A DNA stretch of 63,575 nt, filler included, from Ministeria vibrans ATCC 50519 (taxonomy: Eukaryota; Protista; Filasterea): NCBI GenBank assembly GCA_943704425.1. It is 4 parts of 4 records of this genome, joined end to end, with 100 filler letters (N's around TTAATTAATTAA, not from the genome) between each part and the next. Parts side by side here need not be neighbours in the genome. Positions count along the whole stretch, not along the records: positions 21,317 to 44,033 come from CALSCP010000397.1; 3 more parts are not named here. One strand, written 5' to 3'. The notes beneath the pieces are model-generated. The model was not told the DNA's origin. It made no database searches and saw only the letters and a program-made list of their open reading frames with translations. Shown here piece after piece: positions 25,660-41,443 of this stretch (within the stretch, counting starts at the first letter, position 1; every line of letters starts with the position of its first letter). Position numbers and translations under genes: made by a program.

Positions 25660-25828
25660 GAAGAGAGCGAAAGCGGAGTAGACAGTATACCTTTGTTCTT
25701 GTGCTCGTGGCCAAAGATGTACTTGAGGGTGTGCGACTGGCCGTACTCCTGACAACCCGGATACGACTGCACCCGCGCAAACACAAGCTCAACATCCATC
25801 TGCGGCTCACATCCTACAACACAAAGAC

Positions 25829-25918
<90 letters not shown>

Positions 25919-27734
25919 GAAAAAAAAAAGTGATAGAGAGAGAAAAAAAACAAAGTGCGAGAGAGAGAAATAAAGTGAGAGAGAGAGAATGAGAGACAAA
26001 TAAGTCACACACACACACACACACACACTCTCTCTCTCTCTGATGTGTTTGTACCAGTGCCCTCGGAGTTCCAGTGTGCGACGACAAAAGCCGCTTTGGG
26101 CTTCTGGGTGTTGAGGAAGGCACACGCCTCGGTCAGAAACGGATTCGTCTCACTCTCATTGTACGCAGAAGAGTAGATAATAAACCCTATAAGGAACAGT
26201 GTCAGTCTCTCTCTCTTACTCACCCACACATACACATACACATATACACATACACTCCCTTTGTCTCTCTCTGTCTCTCTCTGTGGTTTCTCTGTGAAAT
26301 GTACCAATATTTCCAATGGCAAAGTAGGACTGGAAGTTTGAGGCAGAGGGCATTCGAGTGCGAACGGAGGAGCCCTTGTTGGGATCAATGGACGTGTCAA
26401 CGGGTACAGATGGGTTTGCCTGCGCCGCCATGCTGTCCATCCCATAGTACTATACCAGATGCGTTAGATTGTTATGTGTGTCTGAGTCTGGCGTGTTGCT
26501 TACTTGCATAAATCCGTTGCCATACTGGTCGTTTGCTATGGCCACTGCTGGTGCTCCTAATCACACTGAATGTCAGCACTTCCTACTCACTCACACACAC
26601 GCCCCGACACAGACACACATACTCTCCATCTCTTTATCACTTTGTTTCTTCCTCCCTCCTCTCTCTCTATCACTTTGTTTCTTTCTCCCTCCTCTCTCTC
26701 TCTATCACTTTGTTTCTTCCTCCCTCCTCTCTCTCTCTCTCTCAAACACACACACTCTCTCTCATTCTGACCGTATGCGTAAATGTCGTGGTTTCCCTCA
26801 CACGTTGCAAACAGTTTCGATTTGACATTGAGTGTTAGCTGATCGAACCACTTTTGAGTCACTTCAATAGAGAGTAATGTATCATAATAAATGAGCACAA
26901 AAGAGCACAAAAATAATAATGAAACTTACCATTGCCGTATCGATCGTAAAAATTGTCACCCAAAATCATAAAGTAATCCATGTCGTCGTGGGTCGCAGCA
27001 GCATTGAGAAGCGCAGTCATACGCTCAAATGTCTTGAAGGTGTTTCCAAACATGCAGCCGACAGCCTGAGAAGTAGAAGATTGCGGTTTGGAGGGGTTAG
27101 GGTCCAACCTCCGTACACCCAAAGTCATCCCGCCCACATTCCCTCAAACACAGAGGGCTTTTCTTACCGCTCCCGAGAAGCACGGGTCGCCAAAGATGAT
27201 GCCCGCCACATTGTCGGTCGAGGCAGGGACGTTTACGGTGACGGAGGTGTTGGCAATCGTGAAATGGTTCTTGCCTGGCTTTGCATCCACCAGCGCAGAC
27301 GAGAGGTGGAATTGCGTCCAGCGATGCTGGAACTGCTTGGAGTAGGTAAAGAAGGAGTCGTCGACACCGCCGTCGACGGCAGCAGAGATGGCAGAGAGGC
27401 GAATTTTCCCTTTGTTTGCCAGGCCGGGGGTCACGCGCAAGTCGATGGGCGAAGCGGGCGCTGCTCCTCGCACTGCCAGCGTCAACTCCCATTCTTCGGT
27501 GCCGGGACACAGACCGGCGTTGACACACCACTCGGCGGCGGTTTCGTCGCGCATCGGCGGGTGGAAGGGCGCGAGGTCACAAAATGCAAGAGGGTTACAA
27601 GCTTGCTCGCGCGAGAGACCGCTGCGCACCGCCAGATACTGATCGTGACAGAGCGCACACGAATAGTCACGTGGGTACGTGGTCGCAGTGACTAGAGTCG
27701 CCGTGATGGCGAGTAGAGTGAAGACGAGACGCAT
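24894..27734 (-). CDS. Secreted calcineurin-like/purple-acid-phosphatase-type metallophosphoesterase with N-terminal saposin-like module
   Basis: Signal peptide; FGDP, LGDNFYD, EGNHD, VVAHWN, FGHEH across spliced exons; last exon ends VWLNQTIPAI*. Confidence 0.85.
25313..25650. repeat. (GAGAGAGTTCAA)n minisatellite grading into (GA)n
   Basis: About 13 tandem 12-mers; related CTCTTGAACT units at 44222-44295. Confidence 0.95.
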
Positions 27735-27820
27735 GAAAAAAGACTTGAATAATTGTAAATTGACTACCGTCTTGAACTTAAAAATATACTTTTCTTCTCT
27801 TCCTTACACCTGTTGCTAAG

Positions 27821-31144
<3,324 letters not shown>

Positions 31145-31205
31145 TCACGAATAATTTTCATGAATACAATTTTTTGCTACAACTTTTTTTTTCTCTTCTC
31201 ACCGT

Positions 31206-32423
31206 ATGATCACTGTCATGTTGCGCACCCTTCAATCCGGGACTCCCGTGCTGCGCTTTACCGCAGCATGCATCGCCCGCGCCCGCTCGACAGCGGCGCC
31301 GGCGCCCGCTCGAAGCCAGAGCGATGCGACGTGCGACTCAGACGATCCCACCACCCACCCCACGGCCAGAGGCCAGGGCGACGCGGCGTGCGCCACGGAC
31401 GACCCCGCCGCCCACCTCGCCGCCAATCCTTTCTTCGACAAGTACGCCGAGAAGGTCCGCGAGCGAATCCGCGCGGGCGCTCCTCCGCCAACAAACGTCC
31501 CCGACGACATGCTGCCCATGATGAGGCGCAAGAGCGACGCCGCCACACGTGAATGTGCCACCGTCTCCTCCGCCGCATCAGCACCAGCACCAGCACCAAC
31601 TCCAACACCCACGCGAACCAACGACTCCGTCCCCTCTCCCATTCCCGAGCGCTCTTCAGGATTGCCTTCGCACGTCAAAGTAAAACGCAAAATTAGAAAA
31701 GCAAAAATATCACTCACTCTCTACTCTCCTCACACGCGTGTATCGCAGCCACTCTCAGAAATTGTTAATCTGTCCAAGATTGCCGAACTGACGGCCGAGC
31801 AAGTCGGGGAGTTATGGCGCGAACACCACCGCAACAAAGTTAGTCATCAGAACCGACGCACTACGAATACTGACGCTCTACTTTGTACTAGAACTCCGTT
31901 GTTGCCGTCATTCCGTCGTCCACATACGCTTCCATTCGTGCTCGGGCACTCGAGAGTCCTCTGGTACTTTGAGCAGTCACTCACAACTATCTGCGCCCGT
32001 CTCACGCCTCTCCTTCCGTCCGAATAGTTTCTGTGCCCTCTTGCCCGCCCTTCCGGCTTCGAAACGATGTTTGGGCAGTTCTCAGCCTCACACGAGTGTG
32101 CCATTACCTCCTTAGAATCGTACAAATTGCACGGCCCGAACGCAGAGCAGCTGCTGGTGCTAGTGCACTACACTGAACTGGCGGCCGACAAGGGCATTGT
32201 GCTCATGCGTGGGCGCTACAGCCCAAACACCCTCAGCCCCTTGGACGCTCAGATGCTTGCTAATCTCGTTGGCATTTTGTACACCACCAGTGCCTATGAG
32301 CATGTGCGTCGCTTCAACGCACAACCCGACTCGTTTGACTTTCATGGTCTCATCGAAACCGTCAATGCCCTCTCGGCCTCCACCATCAACAATACAAACG
32401 CCCCGTCGACCCCATCTGCGTGA
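31206..32423 (+). CDS. ATPAF1: ATP synthase F1 assembly factor ATP11
   Basis: NPFFDKYAEK, LSEIVNLSKI..VGELWREHH, ITSLESYKLHG, HYTELAADKGIVLMRG, RRFNAQPDSFDF. Confidence 0.92.
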
Positions 32424-32591
32424 TACCTCCGTATGTATCTCACCATACGAGCACTCACTAGCATTTGCTGCCTGTTTTCTTTGTAAATCGAATCCGAGGA
32501 ATACTAATAAATTTATTTTATTTTTATTATGATTAAGGTTTTTATTACTATTACAGAACACACACACACACACAAGCACTGTTCAAGGGTT

Positions 32592-33355
32592 TTACGTCTC
32601 GCCGTAAAAATCTCCTCCGGCAGCCGACATCACCACCGGGGCTTCGCTGGCGGTGCTCTGCAGAGCCGCCTCTGGCTTGGGAATCACAAGGGGATTTCTC
32701 TCTGGTTCTGGCTCGTCGACGAAGCGCTGCACAAGCGGACTCTCCGTGTGCGTCTTCCTTGTCAGCACTGGCGACGATCCCATTGTTGCGGCCACTTTCA
32801 CTTCCATTGCATTCACCACCTCCTTTTGTGAACATTTCCGCGACAGCTTGGGCGAGCATCCCTTGTGTACGCATGCGCCACAGCCTGCCAAACAGCACAA
32901 ATACATCTCAGCAACACAAAAACAAACACATCTCAACAAAAACAAACACAACTCAGCATTTTCGCAACCCACAATGGAAACGACCGCTCCTCGTCCATCA
33001 ATTGCACGAGGATGTCGACAGAGTATTTACAAATGATATTCCGGGTAGAATTCAGTCAGGATAGACGTGTGTGTTGAACGGGAGGCGTCCGAGAGCAAGA
33101 GACGCGGAATCCAACGTCAACAACAACAAAACAAACACAGAGAAAAAGCCAAACAAGTGCGACGACGCGTTGTGCATGCGTCGCGACAATGCCCCCACAT
33201 CGATGCGGGCGATGCTTACCGACGCACGCGCTTCCTCGAACCATTTTCTTGTCGCACACTGTACAGTTTCCCGATGGCAACAGCACCGTCTTCATTTTGT
33301 GCTCGTCGCCTTCCACACTGTCCTCCTCTTCCCCCGGTCGATAGCCTTTGCCCAT
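32592..33355 (-). CDS. Small C1 (PKC-type zinc finger) domain protein, 142 aa, 2 exons
   Basis: Joining 33355-33220 to 32884-32592 gives H-x11-C-x2-C-x9-C-x2-C-x4-H-x2-C-x7-C. Confidence 0.8.
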
Positions 33356-33435
33356 CACTAAATCGTTGAAAGGCAAATAATCTGTGATCGCCCGCAAATT
33401 CAAAATTTTCTTCAGTCTATTCATTGGTTTCAACC

Positions 33436-34314
33436 ATGTCGGACGATGAGAAGGAACGATCTGAAGGAGCAAAAAGGTATTCCTTGGTATGTGCGACAGG
33501 CGGTCTCCCTCCCAGTCGCATTGAGAGTCACTGGAGCGACTGAGCAGTAGACTCAGACGCCTTTTTCTCAGTGGTCGCCTGTGTCTTGTGTTCTCTCTTG
33601 CTTGGGAGAGTCTGGGTCACATTACCGTCATTTTGTGTCGGAATTTGAAAAGTAATGATGTTTTTCTTTGTCTCAACTAGCGATGACAAGACGTTCGACG
33701 AGACGGTCGGTGCACTGGAAGATGTCATAATGAGCGATGAGTTTCGCTACGTCCAAAGCAAGTTCATGGAGAAGCACTACCGGCACTTTGAGGAGGGCGA
33801 AGAGAACAAGCATATTTATCATGAGATTTTCAAAAAACAGGTTTGAAACAGGTTTGCCTATAATCTTCATTGTTTACCTTATTGTGTCATTGTGTGCAAT
33901 GTAGGGCGAAACAATTGAACAGTACCTTAGCGAAGCGCTGTCAAAGCGCATTGCTGGGTTTAGTATGGATGAATTTACAGCTCAGCTCAAGTAAGGTCTA
34001 AAGTTCGTCAAAAGTTGTGCGTCGACAGCACTCGATGTACAAACACGCTGACGCCGTAGAGACCGCAAAGACCAAGTATCACCAAAGATTGACCGAGCTT
34101 CTCATGTTGTTGTTGCCGTAGACACCGCGAAGACCAAGTCCCACCGGAGATTGCTGAGCTACTCATGTCACTGATCGACTTTGCCGAGTTCAAGGAGGCC
34201 TTTTTGGTGTACAAGGCGGATCGTGAGGGAACGACACCAGATCTATCAGGACTGCTCGTCACTTCGAGTGCCAATGGTCGCGTCAATGAGGACGAAGACG
34301 ATATCATTGGCTAA
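33436..34314 (+). CDS. ARL2BP: ARL2-binding protein (BART domain)
   Basis: FDETVGALEDVIMSDEF..FMEKHYRHFEEGEENKHIYHEIF; IEQYL; GFSMDEF; DFAEFKEAFL. Confidence 0.92.
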
Positions 34315-34350
34315 ACGAGTACATACGGAGTACATGGGGTTGTGTATTAT

Positions 34351-36040
34351 TCATTGGCTATTCAGAGCGCGAGCGTGTGTGTGAATGAATTGAGTGAGTT
34401 GAGTGAGAAACGGATTGGGATGTGAGTCATTAAATCCTTTGGAGACGACAGTAAAGTGGTTAGAATGCGGCACAACCAAGTGTGGTAACTCTACGTTTAA
34501 AATAAAAAGAGGATGAAAAACAGAAAGAGAGGAGACAGAAACAGAAAGAAAAGAGAAAGAAACAAAGTAAAAAAGAACAGAGAGAAAGAAACAAAAGAAG
34601 AGAGAGAGAAACAAACAAAAGAAGAGAGAGAGAAAGAAACACAGTGATAAAGAAGAGAGAGGGAAAGAAACAACGTGATAGAAGAGTGTGTGAGAGTGAA
34701 TGTGTGTACCTTTCTTAGTGAGGGTGGAATAGAGCTGAGCAAATTGGAGTGCGTCAGTGGCAAACTCATAGTCATTTGAGGCATTAACAAGGAGGAAAGG
34801 AAGCGAGAAAGGCAAGGAGCGGGGGAGGAGACAAATGGGCGAGGCGGATTCCCATTGGGTGGGGCAGGACCCAAATGCACGCACAAGGTCTGGAGAAAAG
34901 GGTAAGGGCCATAGTGGTGTGTAATGATGTGTGCTTACAGAGATACTTAAAGATGGGCTTGACGGCGAGACGTCTAAGATCATAGATGGAGGAGATGGCG
35001 ACGAGAGCGGCGGGGGCGCAGGGAAGGCCGTAGCGTGCGGGATGGAGAGCAATAAGGGTGGCGAGGTGGGCGCCCGCACTGTGGCCCATCACAACGCACT
35101 GTGACGGGCCAGACGTATGCGTGTGCTCGCACACAGACTCTATTGCGTGCTGCAATCAAAGGTCTATTATTTGTTCGGGGTTTCTCTGCAATCATAATCA
35201 TGTTGTGCTGACCGCAATGTCGTTTGCGCTGGTCGGGTGCGCAGCGTTGGATTCGCAGAGGAGTTGGTAGATGGAGTGGCAGACGAAGAGAACATTGGTG
35301 GCAAAGAGGATCATTGCGAGAAGGTGCGCTTGATCGCTCATGAGTGAAACCATGCCCACGAGCACTACGAGACACGTCGCGGCCCGATATACACCGAGCA
35401 ATTGCGTGTACATGGAGCAGCAGAGGAGCAGCAGAGTGGTCGCTAAGGAAGGACAAGAGGAAGACATCAGAGTGCATCTCACATCAGATTGCGGGTCGTA
35501 CGAATTGAATAGTCGAGTGTGTCTGAGACTTTCATGCCAGCAACGAAGACAGGGAGCAGCATCAGGGCGGACAGCAGGAGCCACACGACGAGGAAGGAGA
35601 GCAGATGTGTCAACACAATTTCAGCGACGCCCACGGGAAGCGGCGGGTTTGCCAGGCGGTAGGAGATCACGGCGCAGCAAATGCCTTGTCGCGCAAGGGC
35701 CATGCCCACATTGGAGTACAGATTGTTGTACCAGGCGACAAACGCCGCAAGAATGTTTCCATCGCGCACCGACCAAAAGTACTCCGCAAGCCTTCTACGT
35801 GACAGCGGGCACTTTTCGATGAGTCAACATAGCCCTATAGACACCTCTGCTGTACCGATCGCCTCGACGCCAACCGCCCCCGTGCACAAACAAGACGAGA
35901 GGAGCGGAGCTGAGCGATTCGGGACTGAACAGATCGTACTTCTGCTTTGGATGCGCCCCATAGCACACGTCCCGTTCGATGATCACACGACTTGCACGAA
36001 CGGGTGGACGGCTGTCTCCACCCGTCGAGGCGGCCGCCAT
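34351..36040 (-). CDS. HSL-type alpha/beta hydrolase (kynurenine formamidase/esterase-like) with hydrophobic insertion
   Basis: YGAHPKQKYDLF, VLFVHGGGW, ISYRL, MGHSAGAHL, SSIYDL, SNHF. Confidence 0.85.
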
Positions 36041-37494
36041 AGATAAAAGAATAGTGTTGTTTACTTGTTTTCGGTTTTGTATTACTGATTTATCTCCATG
36101 GGATCTCAGTGATCTGGGAACACACAGAGCCTCAGACTGAATTCCACCGACCCGGAGGAATATGAGTAACATCTACAGTTTCTATACAATACACAGAGTG
36201 GATTTATCACAAATACACAGTTTCAACTTTGGATATGTTCACGACAAAAACCTCACACTGTTCTCCAATTACAGTTCACAAGTTGCATTATACAGAATGT
36301 CAACATATATATAGTATATACATCTTTCCCAACATCTTGGCTTGAATGCCAGCACCATAGGCCGTCCATCGGTGGTCGTCGTCCGGCCCGGATGATCGAT
36401 CAAAATTCAGATGAATAATTAATCATCTGCGAGTTCGCAGTGACGATACGAGCATCGACGGTGCCTGAGCCAGCCACGAGTCGCGGGGGGAGAAGGCGAG
36501 AATATTGTCCCATGCATTCCCGGGATGGTGGGCGGCGGTGAGGCGGGCTGCGGCGACTGCAGCAGCGCAGGAGTGCAAGTTTCGCGGTCGGTGGTGCGAT
36601 AAAACGCCGAACCGCTCTGCGGGAGCTTCGACCGCCGTATCGACCGTTGGCGGGCTGGCCATGACAATTCTCTCGTCGCTTCCAGCCGATATGCATTGAT
36701 CCGGATGCAAGAGAGATCGCACAGAGATGCTCAAATGAGGTGCGAGTTTCGTGAGGATTTTTTGGCGACGCTACGATGAAAAAGAAAAAACAAGTCGGTC
36801 CCTCTGTAAGTCTAGGCGCTGCGTCATGCGTATAGCTAATAGCAGAATATGCTTGACAACGTACCATTCGGAATGAGGGTGTTTGGGGGATCATGATTGA
36901 ATATTTTTGATATTAATTTAGAAATTTCAACTCATTATTTATGAATTATGAAATATGAGTATTATGTTGAGTATTGAGTAAATTGAGTAATAAGTACTAA
37001 ATAATACTACAATAACTACTTCGTACGAAGACTTAACGAAGTACGGAGTAATTATTAGAGTTTGAAAATTGCTCTAAATACTTACTCATTTTTCGTTGAT
37101 CATGGAATTAATGAGGACGCACTCACTCCGATTCACATGTAGGCTGTAGAATAAACAAAGAAGGACATATGTCAGTTGTTAGTTGTCACACAATCATTGC
37201 TCAACTGCAGAGTCTGCAGTAGCGCAGCAGCAATCAGAGCGGTTGAAAAGTGAATGGGTCATTTTCATTTATGAAGTCAGAGCGTCAGGGCTCACAGGTA
37301 TCTATAACTAATCTGCATTCTGTCAGGCCCCACCTCATCCAACGGCCAACCCCATTACCCCAGACCGAGGCAGGCTCGCGTCAGACTGGTCTTACAGTCT
37401 TGTTTAGACTTTTGAATTCAATTTAATCAATAATCGGAAATTTCACCAAGATAATAATTATAATCATCACTATTTTCATACATTATTCGTAAGC

Positions 37495-37805
37495 ATGGCG
37501 GGAATGGAGAGCTTCGTTGCCGATTATCTCATGGAGGACGTTGGGGTTGTCGACGAGAAGCCTTCGGCGACAAAGCAACGCTCCAACGCGGCATCCAAGA
37601 AGAAGTCGCGTCTCTTTCATCCATTCAACTCAGGAAGGTCAGTCAGTCACTCACAGACTCAAACACACAAAAGCACACACACTCACAGCGCACCCCTCCG
37701 CGGCCCGCCTGTCGCCCTGCCGTCGCCATCCACCCACCACCCCATCCCTTTCCAAAGCGCTCTTATAATTTTTGTGTGTCTTGCGATAAAAAAAAGCTCA
37801 ACCGA

Positions 37806-37840
<35 letters not shown>

Positions 37841-39825
37841 GTTTGAAAAGTTCAAAAAAGTGCTCTCCTCTCTCTGTCTGGTCTGTCTGTGTCTCTCCTG
37901 CCACACGCAACCTGCACCACTCGCCCCCGCGTCAAATGCGGTCTGTCCACGCACGACCCGCCCCGCGCACGCCCGCACGCGCGTGTCTGAGCGCATAGAA
38001 GAAGAGCAGGATAAAAATACAGGCTGGATGATCCGTTCGCTTGCCACTGCTGCCCTGGGCCTCTGCGGCCCTCGCAAACCCCGTGTACGGCGGGGGCGGT
38101 GGGTCTCCTGCCCAGCCCGTGTCTGCCGCATCCTGTCATCAGTGTCTTGTGTCTGTCTCATCTGCTCATCTTTTTTGCTTTTTTCTCTCTTGTTCTCTCT
38201 CTCTCTCTATTGTCTTTGTCGCTCTTGACAACTCGCAGGAAATCCGGAGCATCCAGCTCCCAATCGTCATTCGACGAGGCTGCCATCTCTCCCCCACCGC
38301 ATGCCCTGCCGCCCATGGGCGCATCGCCCTCTGGATTCCACGAAGCAACACAGTCCATGTTTGAAGCGCCTCTTCCGCCTCCCTTTGGCTTTGGTCCGTC
38401 GTCCCGGCGCACTCGGTCCGAGCACGACCACTTTGCCGCCGTGCCCGTGGTGGGACCTCAGTTTACACAGGGACGCTACGAAACCGACTTCCACTCGCGT
38501 GCGTCTTCGACCGAGTCTGGCTACAGTGTCACCTCGCAACACAGCCGACAAATATCCGATCCGCAATCAGGCGTGGGCGCTGCTGGTGGTGGTGGCGGCG
38601 GCGGTGGTGGTGGTGGTGGTTCAAGTGCTGCGTCGCACCGCTCCACAACGTTCCGCGAGCCCTCCATTGCTACGGTCTTAGAAACATCGCTTAATTTGAG
38701 CAGTCCGCGCGCCATGGAGTCGCCCTCGCCGGCACCCTCTGCACACTCGGTCTTGTCTCCCACTCCCATGGATCAGCAGCAGACACTACCATCGCTTGCA
38801 TCCCAACCCCACCACCACCAGTACCACCACCATCACCATCCGCAACAGTCGTCGTCCGCAAAGCGAAAACAACCGACAACAACCAAAGGGGCGAAACTCC
38901 CGCCCCCCAGCTACCAAGAGGCGTCGCTTGGACCGCTCCCACATCACTGGGAGCGAGCCGTCACCAAAGATGGGCTTGTTTACTTTGTGAATCATCAAAC
39001 AAAGTCAACAACGTGGATTGACCCGCGCACCAATCGACCCGCCGCTCCCGCCTACTCTCACGCCTTCCGCCAGCAACACACTCACACACGCCGTGGCTCG
39101 AACCCGCGCACTGCCGCACTCACGTCACCGTCCATGTCGGGCTCATCAACCCCCCACTCCGTCTCCCTCTCGACCTCCGCCTCCTCCCTTGCCAACCTCG
39201 ATCCGTCCACGCCTCTCCCCGACGAGTGGGAGCGTGCCGCCACTGCCGAGGGCACCCCCTACTTTGTCAATCATCGCCTGAGACTCACCACGTGGATTGA
39301 TCCTCGTCTGGCTTCGTCTCGTCCCTCGTCAGCGGCCTCCACCGTCGCCACCACTTCTTCCTCCGACCTTTCTCATTCTCATCCCCTCTCGCCATCCTCC
39401 GTGTCGTCGTCCGTGTCGTCGTCCGCGTCGAGTGCCGCTGCCCCACAGATGCACGCCATTGTCGAACAGCGTCGTCAGCAACAACGTGTGCAGCACACTC
39501 AGGAGCTCGAACGGCAACTGAAGGAAAACTTGAAACAATTGCGAGCCAAGGAGAAAAACGTGTTGGGTGCCATTGAAGCGGCGCGCATCAATCCGTCCCT
39601 CAGCGACGCCCAGCGATCCACCATGATGAGTCAATACGAGGTGGAACGCAACCAAGTGCGCTCCGATTTTTTGCAGCTGAAGCAAAGTGTCGAACAAATT
39701 AGACGTCTGCAGCGCATGCAACAAGAACTGGACGCCAAGTCACAGACCTCGGCAAGTCGCAGTCTCCCAACACAACAGACTGCACACTATGCACAGCATC
39801 CCCCGCAGCAGCAGCATCGTGTCGC

Positions 39826-39864
<39 letters not shown>

Positions 39865-40255
39865 CCGACAACAAGGCTTTCAGGCGGAATCTCTGTCTGC
39901 TTTTGGCGGTCAAGACACCGACTGTGGACTGCCTTCACTCGAAGGAATGCTCTTGGCCCAAACAGCTGGGTCACCACCACCGCCACTTGAGATGGAACCA
40001 CCGCCACTGGAACTCATTGCCACTCCCGATGCAAACCAACAACTGCAGCAACAACGCGCCATGGACACGGCCCCTACCACTCCCACCACTACCGATCTCA
40101 AGACAGTCTTCAGCAGCGACTTCAGCTTTGATGACCTCATGGAGGTCTCTCTCAGCACCGACGGCACTTCCCGTTCTCTTCGCACCGACACCAGTTCCGA
40201 AGTCGTCGATGACATCTTTCATATGCTTGACGATCCAACTTCCAATTCTGTATAG
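37495..40255 (+). CDS. YAP/Yorkie-like double-WW coactivator (exons 37495-37637 and 38239-40255)
   Basis: WW1 [34 protein letters not shown]2 [32 protein letters not shown], coiled-coil-like segment, Q-rich and acidic tail, three HxRxxS sites. Confidence 0.72.
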
Positions 40256-40387
40256 TCCCCTCTGACACTCTCATTCTCATTTTCTCCTGTGCTTTGGTGT
40301 TTTTGTTTTGGATCTTGGAATGCACATAGACGTATTTTTTCATACTTCTTCATGTTATACAGCTCAGTCTATCTCCAGTGGTTTGAT

Positions 40388-40702
40388 TCAGACCATATCA
40401 TCCCGATCAACAGAGATCTCCTCCTCATTGAGATCCGTCTGCAGCTCAGTCATCATTATCGACTCTTCCTCTTCATCACGAGGAACACGAAAGTACTGGT
40501 TATCTTCCACGGGACGGAACAGCCACCTATATAAAAAAAGAGTGTCGTGGTGAGTGACAGGGCTCTCTTTTGTCGTGGATGGTGATCGCTCACTCTGTTT
40601 TCCTTCATATATATATATATATCGCTTTCTTTCATCACTTTGTTTCTCTCTATTGTTTCTCCCTCCTTTCTCCCTTTTTTCTTTCTCTCGTTCTATCGCT
40701 TT

Positions 40703-40734
<32 letters not shown>

Positions 40735-41363
40735 TCGCTCTTTTTCTCTCCCTCTCTCTCTCTCTCTGTGTTTTTACCCCACTCGAGCAGCAAAAAGCAG
40801 CGAAGTGGTCTCGGTGAAGGCAGTGCCGACCCACATGGCCCGCCAGGGGAGCGTCTGCTCCAGCATCAGCGCGAACAGCTTTGTCAGATAGATATAAATC
40901 ATCACTGTGATGTACAACGACCTACAAGTGAATATAATTGATACCAATAATTATTATTGACATATTCCATATATATGTGTATGCCAGTCTGTCTGTCACT
41001 CACCGGAACAGTCTGAGCTTTTGCAGACTCACTGCGACCTTCTGACCTGAACGAGCTGAAACTCGCAAATGGCGCATAGTCTACACAATCACAACAGTAT
41101 CAACACACACACCCACACACACTCCGTGGAACAACATCTCCAGTCGCACAATATCGTACACAATACAGTAAAGTACAACAGTTTTACACAATGTCAATAC
41201 TATTGATTATGAGACGAACTCTGGTGTGTCACACACACTCTCTGTCTCTGTCTCTCTGTCTCTCTGTCTCTCTCTGTCTCTGTCTCTCTCTCTATCACTT
41301 TGTTTCTTTCTCCCTCCTTTCTCTCTCTCTCTCTCTCTCTCTATCACTTTGTTTCTTTCTCCC

Positions 41364-41443
<80 letters not shown>

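Noticed and set aside
25198-26125. ORFs made of SL/RE/REFK repeats, and other polyI/Y/K/F ORFs
   Set aside because: Translations of intronic microsatellites.
33477-33486. ARL2BP intron donor GTATTCCTT resembling the U12 consensus
   Set aside because: An extra T breaks the consensus and no TCCTTAAC branch site is seen.
36510-36880. TEAD-like CATTCC/GGAATG motifs upstream of the YAP-like gene (autoregulation)
   Set aside because: Two hexamers in 1.4 kb are near chance expectation.
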